Assembly: GCF_030144855.1 (NCBI RefSeq) | Contig: NC_082727.1 | Span: 54,250,001 to 54,314,000, forward strand | Direction of reading: 5' to 3' | Length of the DNA: 64,000 nucleotides | DNA from: Hypanus sabinus | Lineage: Eukaryota | Shown here: positions 11,852 to 28,030 of the stretch, piece by piece | How positions within the stretch are numbered: position 1 is the stretch's first letter | Layout: each line of letters opens with the position of its first letter | Notes under the pieces: model-generated | Seen by the model: only the letters and a program-made list of their open reading frames with translations | What the model was told of the DNA's origin: nothing | Databases searched by the model: none | Program-made: the position numbers and the translations under genes

Positions 11852-14800
11852 CCATCATTGAGGCGAATGGGACTCAGAGGTGCAAAGGATTCTTTAAACT
11901 GCATTTCTAAAAAATAATAGACCCGGGTGATGTACTGTAGTGCTCACGTTTAAACCAGGTAGACCAAGGTAACAGTTACCAACCGAGTCGTATGTACTTA
12001 GAATCTGCTGTTTATTATAACGGGTGATGAAGTTGTTTTGTTGACTAAAATGCCGGAGCCGTTACAAAGCGCGGATCAGGGTTAATTACTGAGTAAAGCG
12101 ATTTCAGGACTGTTTTACAAGAGACGAAGGGTCGAAATACACACCACCTATGAAGATATGTACTGTAGTATCTGTGCTGCATTCTTTTCACCGAGTGTGT
12201 TGAGTTTCACTATATACCGTATATTGAGTTTTGGCGTGAAGTTTGAAGATGTCCTAATTGCTAATTGTGCTTCCCCCTTTCACCTTCCAAGCTCATAAAT
12301 CAAGGTCACAACAATCTAGGAGCGTAAGATGAACAATGCAACTCATTGAAACAATATTTTGCAGACATTTTGCGATCAATACGAACTAAAGCATAATGCT
12401 ATGCCAATCTATTAATGCTCTTTAATGGCCTCTCGTTGAGTTTGCATCGCTCTAGTCAATAAAGGAACGTGATTACCTCGAAGATACTTTGCCGTTCTCC
12501 CCTTTATTGAAATAAGCATTTTTTTTTAAAAAAAAGGAAAATGAAAGTTTGAAAGCATGCCTTACTGACCTGCCAAGTGTGCCGTTTCCTTTTGGAAAAT
12601 CGAAAGTATCTTCAGAAGAACAGATCAGTGCCAGAGTTAAACACAGATTTTGGAGAGTTCGACGAAATTAGTGTAGTTGTTAAACTGTAAAATACCCGCA
12701 GGGCGCTGGAGCTGTACTGACCTCATCCACAACTGATCTGCATGGTGGTTCTGAAGACTGTTCGGGCAGTAATGGAAAGGTTATATCTGCTTGGAATGAT
12801 TGGAGTGTTTGCTATACAAAAGTTCCCCGTGTTTTGTACCAAATAAAAGAAATACATGTGTGTGTAGGGTAAAAACACGACAACGGCCATATTTACAGAA
12901 ATGAGCAGGGATCACAATATATCAAACAAAAGCAGAGATTTGGAAACTGGAGCGCTTAAGTGCTAAGGAGGAACTGTTCATATTTGTCATGAGTCCTTGC
13001 ACTGTAGCGTTCTCTCATTTCTGAGGCGCCAGTATGTGGAACAATGGCAATGGTTTCTTTGTCCCAAGTACGCATCAGTATGGCCTTTATAAAGATACTG
13101 TTCTAAATTAAATTTACATATTTTATATTCTTGATTTATTTACAAAAACGATTAAAACCATCTTATTATGAACTTATATCTGGTTGTTTAATCATTTACA
13201 AAAAGTTTGGCAAAATAATGTAAAAGTTGAAATCCTATTGAAAGGAACCCCGTTTTAGGTGGAAAGTGTATAAAAGGTTTAAACTTTTCTAAATAGGAAT
13301 CATTTCATTTAGGCGGGATTCTGAAATAGACTTTGGATACTATTTGAAAATTCAATTTTCCTCAACGTTCTACAGAGTAAAGCGTTTATTCAGCTACAGA
13401 TCAAGAAATGTAATTATGTGGGTGACAAGTACAATTAATGGTGAAACCAATTATGGAAAGATAAAATAATATAAAACCCATCGATGAATGATAAAACAAA
13501 ATCAGCCTACATTTTTTCACTGTTCTGGTTGGGCTAGTAATCATGATAATTTTTTGGTTCAAAGCTCAAGGAGAAATACATGCCTTTTACCTAAATGGTG
13601 CAGACAATCTGAAGAAACTTGTCTATTTCTATCTAAACCAAATGTGCACGTGTATTTACAAAAAGGCAAGTCCACAAAATTACTCAAAATAGGCTTGAAG
13701 AGCGGTAGAATTGCTGGAATATAATATTTTTCTCTCAAATCGGTTTGGACAGTTTGAATGCCTGTAAAATGGCCCCTATATACACAAGCGTGATTAAATC
13801 TCATCGCCGTACTGTGTGGTTTAACAAGCTAATTGTAATTTTCAACATTATTGCACTGGCTACAGTTTATATTTCAAATATTGTAGAGACGAAGGGGAGT
13901 CGTGGATGGGTGAATATCGGGTGTGGGTAGTGGAGAGAGCAACGTCACGTTGCTAAAAGATTCAAAATTTGGCACTTGCCAGTAAAGTTAAACTGATATT
14001 GAGGTTTATCTGTTTTATTTTGGATTTGATGAACCATCAGATATGCAGCAATTGTATCAGTGAAGCTGCGTTAGTAAAAGATATCACACCCCTTTGTGCA
14101 AGAAAGTAGCTCAGTTAGTAAACGGTTTGCAACTTGATGAATTTTGAAGTGCTGTTATAAAATGATTTTGTTTCAATTGGACCGGTTAATTCTTGGCAGA
14201 GAATAAATTACGTTGTATTCATGTTATTCAATACAGAATAAAAATACTTTTGCGTATTTTTTGCTGTTTCTTCTTGATTAAACCGGTTAGTGTTTATAAT
14301 GTAAACGGCTTGAAAGTTCATATTGACAATGTTGTCATAAAGTTAGTATCGCCAACAATACAAGATACCATTTTGTTGCATCTTTACACAAAGGGGAACA
14401 TATTTTGGTCTCTGCGCTGTTTATTTTCATCCACGACGCATAACATTTTTTAAAAAAAAATCAAAGCACAGAGACACCGATTTAGTGTCTTGTCACTTGT
14501 GAATCATCCTACTGAACCGTTGACAGGGTTTCACGCTATAAAGCTCACAACATCGCTATCTGGCAATCAGAACGCTGCGCTATTGTTTTATTGGACGTCA
14601 ACCATAAAAACACAAATGGAATTTATTTAGAGTTGTCCGACTGTAAATGACTTTAGTTGTGACCTTCTGCGAAAAAGAAAATAAATAGTTAAAAGATATT
14701 TTCAGTATATCAGCACCGGCATTTATCTGTGCAATCAAGGGATTACCAAACTCGGACGGTGCGTACTTGATTCAACAATACAATCTCACATATTTGTTTC

Positions 14801-15515
14801 ACCTTGTCTGGGACCTACCATTGAAATTTCCCACTCTTGTCAGGATTGAAACTGTCCTCTTACTTGTCGGAACATCCCTTTCAATAGCATCGACTGTCAC
14901 TTAACATAAAGAGAATTATTTGATGCATAATTAAATATATTCTTATCTTTTGTGTGTCCAGGTACTTGGCAGATGAAGTGCAGTCACTGTCTGCTCCAAC
15001 TATTGCGACATTCATTCATCTACAGGTGATTCTTCTAACAATCGCTTACAGTTTCAGTTCCGCAAGCCCTTGGCTCATAAATCACTACCACCACGAAAAG
15101 CCCCCACCCCTTCCTTCCAATGGGCTTCATATTTTAAAAGAACCTTTTGAAGGATATACTGTATTCTTATTGCCGTGAATTTATTTAATTATTATCCGAG
15201 ATTTCAATATTATTAATATGGCATTGTGCGGCAGACAATCTTTTGTGAACATGAAATATAGTGCAATATGTATCCGAGAATAATTGGTAAACCATGAGGA
15301 AAACTAGGAATAATTTCTTAAGTGTTTGGGTGATATTTTGCTACTAGACGCTAAAAAAGTATTCCGGAAATCTGATAGAAACGGTATTGTTCCCTTAAAT
15401 GATGCCTTTTAAGCGTGGGCGCCATGAGATACTAGGCCCATCAGTTGATCGTGATTCAATATTTGGGAAAACTGCATATGTGGGTTTTTTTGGGCCACAG
15501 ATAGAAATTGTATGC

Positions 15516-15867
15516 TTTATTTACAAAACAATAATTTAACTCTTTCTTGAGCAGGTAGTTGTATGAAACTACACAACTGAATAAGGAATGTTAACGTTTT
15601 ATTTTGGTTCACAACAAGTCTATTCAACAAAATTCGATATTACAATATCAAAAAACGCCAATATTTTATTTTTTTGCTAAAACATACAGAACACCCATTA
15701 TTTTCGCAGTAAATGACTATTTTACATCTGGAGAAACCATCAGAAATAATAAGCACAAAGTATTGGCTGGAGAAAATATTAGAACCTAAATCTTACGACC
15801 TCTGTCAATAAATTTACAATCCAGGTAAATAAAAATACATCGTCACCACATAAACGGTACATTTATT
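15516..15867 (-). terminator. Candidate Hmx3 polyadenylation signals
   Basis: Minus-strand AATAAA at 15867-15862, 15603-15598 and 15521-15516 within an AU-rich 3' region. Which one is used cannot be determined. Confidence 0.35.
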
Positions 15868-16357
15868 AAATAAAGAAACAAAACCTTATTTTTTACTGAT
15901 TGTCCTTCAGTTAAAGCGCCTCGCGTTCTGAACCTGGATAATGCTCACTATTAACAGTGCTATTCGTCACTTGTTATTCCGGCCAGGCCAATGCAATTTG
16001 CAATGATATCCATCTAAAATAGTGCTTTAACTGCTATAGTACAATATTGCACAGGTACGTGAAACCAAAATAAGGAACAACATTTTCACCACTCTTTTTA
16101 GTACTTACAAACATTAAAAAAAACATTTACAGCAGATCCTCCTGTAGGAATGATTCCTCAGAACTACAGGGATTGATTTCACAAAAATAAAAAAAAATTG
16201 TCAAATGAAATCGTAAAGCTAGACGAGATTTGGATGAGGTTGATAGAGGATTTGGGCAACCTGGAAATTTACAGCTGCTCTTGTGGCTCGTTACTTCAAA
16301 ACTACACGGTATCCTCTTACGATAAAAAGTAACTGCAAGATAAATATTAAAATAAAA

Positions 16358-17419
<1,062 letters not shown>

Positions 17420-17639
17420 TCAGAATCCCGCGAGTTCAGAAAAACGCCCCAAACTTTTGCATATGTGTAGAGTGGAAATCCACGGCAATTTGGAACAGAG
17501 TAGGAGGCATTCAGCGTCAATCCGGCGGCGGATGATAATGATGAAATAAAAATGTCATACAAGTTAAATGCAGAAAGTATACGGCGATTGGGCACGCACA
17601 ATGGCAAATGGGATTACCGAAGGAAAAAAAGAATGGCAT

Positions 17640-17830
17640 ATAATGAGTCCACCTCCCTATACTTTGCGCTTCGCTTAAGGCTATAAGAGCTCGTCTGTTA
17701 TTGGCTTTATATAGTCCAATTAGGCAGCAAATGAGGACGAGACTAATACCAGAAAAGAAACTCGTCCTGCAAACCACCACTAGACGACCAGTAGGCAAAT
17801 GACTTACTCTTGTCCATTGGCACAAAACGC
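17640..17830 (-). promoter_or_regulatory. Candidate Hmx3 core promoter
   Basis: Minus-strand TATATAAA at 17713-17706, flanked by CCAAT/ATTGG motifs, about 350 bp upstream of the ATG. Confidence 0.5.
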
Positions 17831-20715
17831 TATTTCATTTCCATCTGTGGGGGAAATTTGTTTAAAGCGCACCGGCTTGCTCTCCTCTGTCACTTAGAGC
17901 GCCTCAGCACTGGTTGTCCATTGAGGCAACAAATTTCCCAACGTGAAAACAAACAGACTTGCTTCCATAAATATGATATTTTACCGACTTCTCTTTTTAA
18001 AAGTCCGGTTTCTATCCCGGTAGGTAGACGCAATCCAGAAAATAAAGCTTACTCGCGTATGAAACAGCCAGACTCAAAAAGAGATGTCTGTAATGTTCCA
18101 TGCGATTTTAAACAGAGACGTTCAATTTGTGAGGTATTCCTGATAAAGGATTATATGCCAGGGATATATTGCACATTAAAACGCGATTTTATGAAGTGTA
18201 GCACTGCAAGAAATAGCAATAATTTTATTATGGAAGCAAGCCCAATTTGTATATGAAGATTTATAAGTAGAACGGATATGCTGTGACCTCCGATTCAAGC
18301 AGGATTTCGCATATGTCATTTTAATGTTGTGCGGTATTTCTCATGAGTCCGTTTAATAGAGACGAACCATTTTCACTTTTGCCTGACGGATTTAACCAAC
18401 AGCACCCCATTCCACCACCCCTCCCGTCGAAAGTCGTGAAGCTCTGGAGCACTTATGATTTATGAAAGAAAAACAAAAACATGCCTAGTATATTAAAATG
18501 TGTTTTTATCCCGCCTACAATAACATAAGTAATACACCTTAAACACTTGCAAATGTTAGAGAGCTAATTAGGACCACAATTCAGGAAGAAGGGAACATTG
18601 GGCTGAAAAACCAAACCATTTAAGGTTACACTAACACTTCAGATGCACTCATATCGCTTCGCGTGACAGCGGGCTACTAGTATTTTTTATCTATTCCCCC
18701 CCCACCCGCCTCCACCTCATCCTCCAATTTATATTATTGCATTCTCAAAACAAACCTTCTATTCGAGAGATGTAAGGGAATTTGAGCTCATTTGTTTTGG
18801 AAGATTTAATCAAGGGCTTTTGTTCCCATTTGTTTATCTTTATTTTTACTTTGCGAATGTGCTTCACTACATTGCATCTGAACACAGGACAACATGTGCA
18901 TTGTTTTGCTATTTACATAATGTATCCGGATTGTAATCAGGCTGAAGCCGTCGATTTGCTGTTTAGTCCGACAATACATAATAGGCAATGATTGCAACAA
19001 TCCCGCTCTTATCTATAATGCAGTTAATTTATGCCACTAGGAACCTGTCAACGCAGTTGGATGAGTGTGCGTGGAAATTGAAACACCCATCTTTATTCCC
19101 TGTACATTAAGTGTTACCTTTGACCTCTGTTGTTTATCCAATGTTATCTTCCGTTTCATTCAATTGAATGACAACACTCACACCTTAATGTCATTCCACC
19201 GGGGTACTAGCTTCTAGTTTAGCGTCAGCGACCAGACTAATGAGCCAGGTATCTAAAGTTGACTCTTCTAACAGCATGATTACTAATGTTCATATCTCAA
19301 TAACAGGCTACGTAATATCTTTCAGCACGTGTTACAACTGCATTATTGTCAATTCCAATCGACTCAAATTAAACATCACAGCGTTCTGTGGCATCTGAAA
19401 AAAACATTTATTCAAATCTATTGGAGGAACTGAGACATAGGGGCGTAACTTTACATATAAAAATACCGGTTAATGATGCACAGGGCAGGATAAGGTAGCT
19501 ACTGCAACGATAATTACAACTACAATACACTTCCCTACAGGTTCCGGAATAGTTCATGATTTGCATCTGTAATTAATTTGTCTTTCAAAAAGCAAATCAC
19601 CTGCGCGCACAAAAGACAATGTCGTATTTATACTCATTATAAAGGGGAGTGGACTTGCTTCTAAAGTTCGGGACCATTAGTACAACACTATAAAGCTCTT
19701 TTGTTCTACAGTTACACAAATTTGCCTGCCGAACTGAAGGAGACTGAGTTCGGTTGTTTGTGAGCTACAGGCAACCAGCCTCCACCCCACCCCCTCCGCA
19801 CCCCGCCAAGACTTCCGTCAGTTATTTAAAGCCACTCGCTAAATGGGTGGATAAATGTGTGATATGTATTAAAGGACAAATGGGAATTTGAGATTCGCTT
19901 TACCACAATTTTGAATTGTTTACTCACCAGAACCCGACGAAGAAATACACAGAAAATTTTAGTTATGAAATAGTGTGTGTTTTCTCCCTTAATGAAATGC
20001 AGGTACGTAGGTGATTCTCTCTGATTTTTGCCTGCGAGCCGATAGAACTGTTGAACGCAGGAAGTTTCATTATGCACATAATCGTTAGAGATGGAAAAAC
20101 CGAAAACAGAGAACATCAGAATATTAATTTCAGTTTGCGTAGACACAAGTGGATGGGTTTGGGAATAGTTTGGTCTTAATATAATTTTGGCACTTTCCCA
20201 TATTCTGTCTACCTTCTGGGTGAATATCGCTGTCATTAAGATGAGAAGAAACTATATCTGGTACATTAGCATTAATGTATCTGCATTGAAATGAATTAAA
20301 ATGGACAATTTTATTAATAAGGTGGAATACCCAACGCTATTGAAGAGTGTGATCCAAGATTTAGGGAATGTTATGCATTCGGCTACTTTTGGAGACATAT
20401 AATTTGAGACAGCTTAGTGAAAATGTCTACTCTGGATTTTAGGTATAAATTTCTCCAATTTTTTAGATTTAAGTTGTCCATATCATTTTTTAGTTGTAAA
20501 AGTTTATTTTTAAATCTGTTTAAGATACTCAAATGGTTTACCCTGGTTTTACTCTGAGCTTATAAACGGCCACATTGTTCGAGTTTTGGAATACTTCAGA
20601 TCACTTATAAAGTATTTTACATACTTACCATATATTGGTAATTGAAGAGGCTGATATCAAATGGACATTTATAGTAGTTTGTTATTTCTATTTTATTGGA
20701 TTCATTTTAAAGTCA

Positions 20716-20779
20716 CAGACAGACAGACATTCAGACAGACAGGCGGACAACCCCCCCCCCCCCACACACACACACACAC
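20716..20779 (+). repeat. Compound microsatellite (CAGA)n / poly-C / (CA)n
   Basis: Directly visible. Confidence 0.9.
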
Positions 20780-23700
20780 CGCCCCAGACTTGGTCTGTAT
20801 TCTTATACACACCATACAAAATTCTGAGATCATTCCTGGGTCAAGTCTTCGAGAACATGGATTCAGATATCCAGTTGAACATAAGATACTATCTTGTATT
20901 CGTCATTATGCTGTTTATTTTAAAATAAGTATAAGTTACGATGGTTTAGTGAGAACTTTAATTTGATATTCGGCTGTAAAATCCAGAATCGAACCTTATG
21001 TTATAAAACGTTACGTCAATACTATAAAACACCCAAACAATAAATTATGCAACTACGTCTAAAAAAAACATGAAACGACTTTGATTTGACTCCTACGAGT
21101 ATGGTAAGCACCTAAAAGCTACCTGTTACTTATCCTGATTGGATGAGGTGTCCTTTTTAAGCAGCCACCATCTTATTAATTACATGACTTTCACTAAAGG
21201 AATGCATTGTCACACTGATGTCGCTTGGAGATCAGGTTCGCCCTCTCCTGTGTTACAAACTGATTTTCTTTTTGCTAATTATTTCCCTCTAGGTTATAAG
21301 AAGACAGATCAGAGAGCTACACATTTCGAGGTCATAAAACAACCCCTGAGGAGAAGACATCAGAAGCCGCCAACATGTCCGTCAGGGTAGTCAATCTCCC
21401 TGACGGCAGATGCTTATCACCACGGGGGCTCCTTTGTAACATGAAGTCTTGGAACAAGAGATAAACGAGCTGCTTGATACTTTAGGTGTTGTCCCTGAAT
21501 GTTGAAGACTTACATCGTTTTAGGGGATGATTCTTTATCCCTCTGATTTTTAAAAAGTTTCCTTTTAAAGAGATGACGTCGCCTCACTGCACAGACGCAG
21601 AGACCGCAACCAATGCCAATTAACCATTTGCATGCCGCAGTCAGAGTTCGAAACTGCACCTCGGAATTTCTTTTTTCTTCTGTTCAGTTATGTCAAAGAG
21701 CCCTTTGGTCTGTTCAGTCTACTGTGGTACGGAAATAAACGGCAGAATAGCCGTTTGGGGAGGGCTGGGGAGAGGTTAACACTTCTCAAAGTTATTGTAA
21801 GTTTTCCTACAGCAAACCTTTAACTTTTTGATATGCTGTCTGAATGCACGGTACAGTACTTGAACAGCAACCAGAAAGCAAATCCAAAATGGGTCCGAGT
21901 GAAATTAATTCAGAGCTAACTTCGAGTGTTCTGAAAGCTTTCTGTATAGGACCCCTGTCGATATATAGTTATACATTTCTTTAACTACAGGTGATCGACG
22001 TAAATGAATTAATTGCATACAATGGGACAGAAAGATTTCCTGTAATAGCGAGCAGAAACAGCATAATATCGGAACACTGAAACAAGTTTATGTATTAGTA
22101 CAAAGGCTGCTTTAAAAATTAAAATTAATCTCGAATTACTTAGATTCCTCGGATTGTACAGCTCTCAGTTTCCTGAGTCTGGGAGAAGTTTAACTATTTT
22201 TTCTTTTGAGTAAATTCCAAGTCTCGAAACCAAACCATTATTCTCTCTGTGTTCAAGACTGATGTAAAAAGAGAACGGAATTGTAATAGATTATTAACGC
22301 AATATATGCGAGTTGACGATAACAATTAAAGCACTTGGAGGAGATCATGACGGAAATTGGAATTCTGGTTTCCAACTCAATATTATAGATCGACGAAAAT
22401 GAGGTCGGTATTATTAACTTGTGAATTATTACAAGACTAATTAAAAATAGAATTAAAAGAGGGAGGGGATAAATTATTCTTCTTATAATTCTTTAAATGA
22501 GCTGCCTTGCCAACTACATCTGTCGCTTCAGCAGATGCCGGGAAACAGAAAGGCCTGATTTTAACGCAGGGAACCTAGACTCATCGCTCAAGATAATGTT
22601 AGCAATGTAAACCAGGCAACATCCGCATTAAAAAAAAACCGAAGTTGGCTCTAAATGGAAAATTAATGAATTGAAACTTGATTTAGAAGTATTTCATTTC
22701 AAATATATTAAAATCATTCTGGTTTATATGGAATGAATGAAGCGGTATAAAAGCCCAGGCAGTTACAGAACGTTTTCGGAAGGATATGGTTCTCTGTTTT
22801 ATTTTACACCAACCTTTCTTTAGAACTAATTTATTGCATATGTATTTGCTTGCTCAAGTCTGCTATTAAGAGCCTGCCGGTGAGAGAGAAATAAAACGTC
22901 GGCCGACTGGTCCTCTTTGTGTCTGCTCGATTGCAATTGTTGCAAATCAAACTATACTTGATTTTAGAAAAGCCAAGAAAAGTGTTAATCTAAAATAAAA
23001 ACCAGAAACTAATGGAAGGGCGCAAATAACAGCATTTTCCGATTATATTAGAGTAGATACATAGTTGTGTCTATCATAACCACTCGAATTTTACACTCTG
23101 ATGAGCAATTTTGTACATATTAATTTAAATACAGTCGTTACTGCCCTTTACAATGCAGGTGTGAAAGTTTCCAAATGCTGTTTATTTTTGCAGGCCAACC
23201 AGGCAATGTCAACTCAAATGATATCTTTTCACACCAGATCTCATTCCCTGTGAATATGACAGTGACATTTAAGTAGTTTGCTAAATGGATTTGAAATAAG
23301 GTACTCAACAATTGCAGTGGTCATGCTAATATTATGCCATTCACACAGGCACGAACGTTCTGTTAAAGCAACAGCGATAGAAATCTTGATGCCTCTTGAT
23401 TAACATGGGGAAAAAACGCAATATGGCTGGTATAGCGGTTTGGAGTCTTTGCAGACAAGGAAGAAATGATATGACATGTTTTGTCAATAATAATGTCAGC
23501 GTTTGCATAGCTAACTGTGAGTGATTCAAAGTTTATAATATTCATCATTGTAATTACGGAAGGTTCAAAATGCTGTCGATAACAATGTCATAATTCTTTT
23601 ATCCGCAAAAAGCAATATCCGACCAATACAATTTCAGTGTACGTGAATTATTAAATATTATTTCATTATCTTGCTCAGCCTTGGTGAATGGCCAGAATGA

Positions 23701-23861
23701 AAGCATTGAGTCACTGGGAAATGTGTAGTGGAGAAAATATTAACCTCGACATTATTCTTCGAGCCCAAACAGTCGGTACCATTAGCATCAAACATCTGAC
23801 GGTAGATGGATTCTCCTTTCCCTGTTATGGGATTGTTTGCACCGTAACTTCACTATACTAA

Positions 23862-24000
23862 CTTAGGTCTGGAAGAAGGGTCACAGCCCGAAACATCGAC
23901 TGTTTATTCATTCCCATAGATGCTGCCTAACCTGCTGAGTTCCTCCAGCATTTTGTGCGCGGTGCTTGGGATTTCCAGCAAATGCAGAATTTCTCGTCTG
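23862..24000 (+). mobile_element. Penelope-like terminus with damaged hammerhead motif
   Basis: gtctggaagaagggtcacagcccGAAAcATCgactg plus the family tail. Confidence 0.7.
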
Positions 24001-24134
24001 CATTAGCTATAAGAAGTTCCTTCTCTGCAACGATATTGATGAGGCCTGCTTACTCAATACTGATGGCTCAGGAGACATTCTTTCCCCAAACACCACAGTA
24101 AACAGGTATCGTTTTGGTCAGCTGTTGTTCCTTT

Positions 24135-24360
24135 TATTTATTTTATTTATTGGGATAAAGCGTGGAATAGGTCCTTCCGGCCCTGCGAGCACCCCCGATG
24201 TAATCTTAGTTTAATCACTGGACTATTCACAATGACCAATTGACATACCAATCGGTAGGTCTTTGGACTGTGGGAGGAAAGCGGAGGAAACCCAGGTGGT
24301 CACGGGGAGAACGTACTAACTCCTTACAAGCAGCAGTGGGAACTGAGCCGGGTCCCCTGT
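24135..24360 (-). mobile_element. V-SINE-type tRNA-derived SINE
   Basis: Reverse complement of the central domain gttctccccgtgacc...cctcccacagtccaaagac. Confidence 0.7.
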
Positions 24361-25469
24361 TCGATATGCCGTGTTCTGATTTGTTTGTGGTAGAATCATC
24401 CATAACAGGACAGCAATATGTTTAATGAAACAACGTTTGTTTTTTAGTCTGCCTTTTAAAAAAAAACAATGCATTTGAACCACCTTTAAATATGTATCAA
24501 AAGTGTTCAAAGTTTTATGTTGTATTGGAAATAAAAGGATGTTGGATTAAAGAAGGGGTTTGGCATCAGCCATAGTTCCAACCACACTCAGTCTAGAGTC
24601 TGCACGGCGCTCGATCTGTCCAATCCATTGGTCAGAAGTAAAGGAAACAGACACCCAGAGATCAGCCAAATACTTAATATATGTCATTAATATCTTACTC
24701 GTAAGCTTCCTCTTAATGAAAAATCAAACTAGAGCCTGCTCTGACCTCAGTTCCGTAAATCGAAAGGTTACTCCTATACCAATGACCTGATGCCAGAGAC
24801 ATGTATTGATGGATATTTAAAGAATATATTTTAAATGCCATTGGAAATCAGAGAGGATGTCTGATTCTTTTGAAAGTGGTTTGTATAATGTCACGATTAT
24901 CCTGCCGCTGCAGTACAAATCCAGTATGGTGTAAAACTGGCTGAAGAAACGATTGGGGGTGGAATCATTATTGTGACTGGGGTGCATGAAAACTCGTCAG
25001 CTCTACCTCAGGACAGTAATAGAACGTCACTAATCACCATTAAATACTGATGCCCAATCAATATCACAATAGAGCACATTGGTTTCATTTAAACTCCCTG
25101 GTACATTTTCAAGGCCATCGCTTTGACCTTGTGAGGATGTTGGCAGGACTGAAGATGTGGTTGATTACGTTGAAACAAAGCAGACTGAAGGGGAATTAAT
25201 TTGAGGGAAATAAAATTTTGAGCTGCTCTATAGGGTGGACAGAAAAGTTTTATTTACCTTGCCAGAATAATTAGGGAACATAGATTCCATTTGATTAGAG
25301 AGGAGTTGAAGATTTTTTTCACTCAGAAGTAGTGGTGGGGGCACAAAATTCTCAAAAGAGTTAAAGGTGTCTGGCGATCATAGTTCTATTAGTTTCCAGA
25401 TAATTATGGAGAAGGATAGGTCTGGTTCTCAGGTTGAAATTGGAGAATGGCCAGTTCTGATGCTATCAG

Positions 25470-28030
25470 ATTGGATCTGGCAAGTGTGGATTGGGACAAG
25501 TTGTTTCCTGGAAAAGGCATGCTTCAAAAGTGAAATTTTGAGTGTACAGTGTTTGCACGTTCCTGTCAGAATAAACGACAAAGATAATAGGTTTAAGGAA
25601 TCTGGTTATTGAAAGATATTGAGGTCCTAGTTAATGATAATAAGGAGGAGCTGCAGGTATAGGCAGCAAGCAAGGAACAAATAAGGTACTTGAGGAGTAT
25701 AAAAAGGCAAGAGAACAATTAAGAGGAATATCAGGAGTCATAAAAGGAAGCATGAGGTTTCTTGAACAGACAAGGATAAGGGCTTCTACAGATATATTAA
25801 GAGAAAAAGGACAGCAAAGGACAAATTTGGCCCTCTTTAAGATCAGTGTTGCCATCTATGCATAGAGCCAAAAGAGGTGGGGGAGATCTTAAATGTTTTT
25901 ATTGCATCTGTATTTTCATGGGAGATGGACGCATTGTCTATAGAAGTGAGGCAATACAGCAGTGAGGTTATGGACCATATATAGATTATAGAGGAGAAGG
26001 TGTTTGCTCTCTTGAGGCAAATTATGGTGATAAATCCCAGGGGCCTTGTGGGAGGCCAGTGGAAACACTGCAGGTACCCTAGCAGAGGTATTTAAAATAT
26101 CCTAAGCCCATGTAAGGTGCCAGATTTTTGGAGGATAGCTAACGTTCCGTTGTTGAAGAAAGGCTTAAGAATAAACCTGGAAATAACAGGCCACAGAGCT
26201 TGCCATCAGCAGTGGGTAAGTTATTTGGTGGTTTTCTAAGGAAGTAGATATATATAAGTATTTGGATAGACAGGGCCTGATTTGGGATAGGCAACATAGC
26301 CGTTTGTAAGGTGGGTCACGTGCAAGTAGGTTACCGGGAAAGATGATGAAAGTAAAGCGGTGGACATTGTCTACAAGGCCTCTGACAAGGTCCCACATGG
26401 GAGGCTGTTCAAGAAGGTTCAATTGCTCAGCTTTCAGGTTGAGGTAGTAAATCAGATTAGACGTTGATTTTGTGGCAGAATAGAGGCTTGTGACCAGTGG
26501 TGTGCACAGGAATCATTGCTGGGTCTGTTGTTTGTCACCTGGATGATAACGTGGTAAACTGCATCAGCAAATTTGTGGATGACACAAAGATTGGGGGGGT
26601 GGGGTGGTGTGGTAGATAGCGAGGAAGGATACCAAAGCTTGCAGTGGGATTTGGACCAGTTGAAAAAAAATGGCAGATGGAAGTTAATGAAGACAAGTAT
26701 GTGGTGTTGCACTTAGGGAGGGCAAACCAGGATAATACTTATAGAGTGAGTGGTAGGTCACTAAGTGGTACAGTAGAACAGAGAGACCTGGGAAAACAGA
26801 TTTATAATGTGTAGTGGAGAGTCTGTGACTGATTGCATCATAGCCTGCTATAGAAACTGCAATGCCTTTGAATGGAAAATGTGACAAAAGGTAGTGGATT
26901 GGGCCTAGTTCATCATGGGTAAAGACCTCCCAGCCATTGAGCAGACCTACATGAAATGTTGTTGTAGCAAAGCAGCATTCAGCGTCAGAGATCCCCTCTC
27001 AGATCATGCTCTTTTCTCGCAGCTGCCAGCAGGTAGAAGGTATAAGAACCTCAGGACTTGCACCACCAGGTTAGAGAACAATTACTACCCTACAACCATC
27101 AAGCTCTTGAACAAAGGGGATAACTACACTCTCTTGTCCATCCATTAAGATATCCACACAACCGATGATTTCACCCTAAGGATTCTTCATCTTGTTATTT
27201 CATGTTCTCATTATTTATTGCTATTTATTTATATTTGCATTTGCACAGTTTTGGTGGCTTCTGCAGTCTTACTTGATCTTTCATTGATCCTGTCATATTT
27301 ATTATTCTATAGATTTGCTGAGTATGCCCAAAGGAAATTGAATCTCAGGGTCATGTATGGTGACATTTATGAACTTTGATAATGACATTTACTTTGAACT
27401 TTGAACCTTGAAAGTAGCATCACAGGGTCATAAGGAGAGCTTCTGGCACATAGGCATGCATAAGTCGAAGTACTGAATACTGGAGTTTCTATGCTATGTT
27501 GAAGTTGTATAAGATGTTGCTGAGGCCTAATTTGGTGTATTGGAGTAGTTCTGGTCATATACCTATGGGAAATATGTCAGTAAGCTTGAAAGAGTGCAGA
27601 GAAAATTTATAAGGCTGTTGCTGGTTCTTGGGGACCTGAGTTATAGGGAAAGGCTGAATAGGTTAGGACTTTATTCCCTGAAGCTTGGGAGAATGAGGGG
27701 AGATTTGATAGGGGTATACGGAATTATGAGTGGTACAGCCAGGCTAAATACAAGCAGGAGTTTTGCGCTGAAGATGGGTGAGACCACAACTAGATAAGTG
27801 GGTTAGGTGTGAAAGGTAAAATGTTTAAAGGAAACATGAAGGGGATCTTTTTTCACTCGGAGGATGGTGAGAGTGTTGAACGAGCAGCTGGCAGAAATGA
27901 AGGGCGTGGGCTCAATTTGAAAATTTAATGTGATAAGAAGGGTTAGTGAGGGTTATAGATCAGGGTTAGGTCAATGAGACTAGGCAGTTCAGCATGGATT
28001 AGATGCGGTAAAGGTCTGTTGTGCTCTATA
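25470..28030 (+). mobile_element. Long decayed CR1 LINE split by a Rex-type insertion
   Basis: RT remnants (aaatttgtggatgacacaaagattgg = KFVDDTKIG). CR1 sequence stops at ...tttataat (26808) and resumes at cttgaaagt (27407). Confidence 0.8.
26809..27406 (+). mobile_element. Rex1/Babar-type LINE 3' end nested in CR1
   Basis: HALFSQLPAGRRYKNLRTCTTRLENNYYPTTIKLLN C-terminus and an (actttga)n tail. Confidence 0.8.

Noticed and set aside
11595-11904. ORFs spanning X residues
   Set aside because: Artefacts of the N gap.
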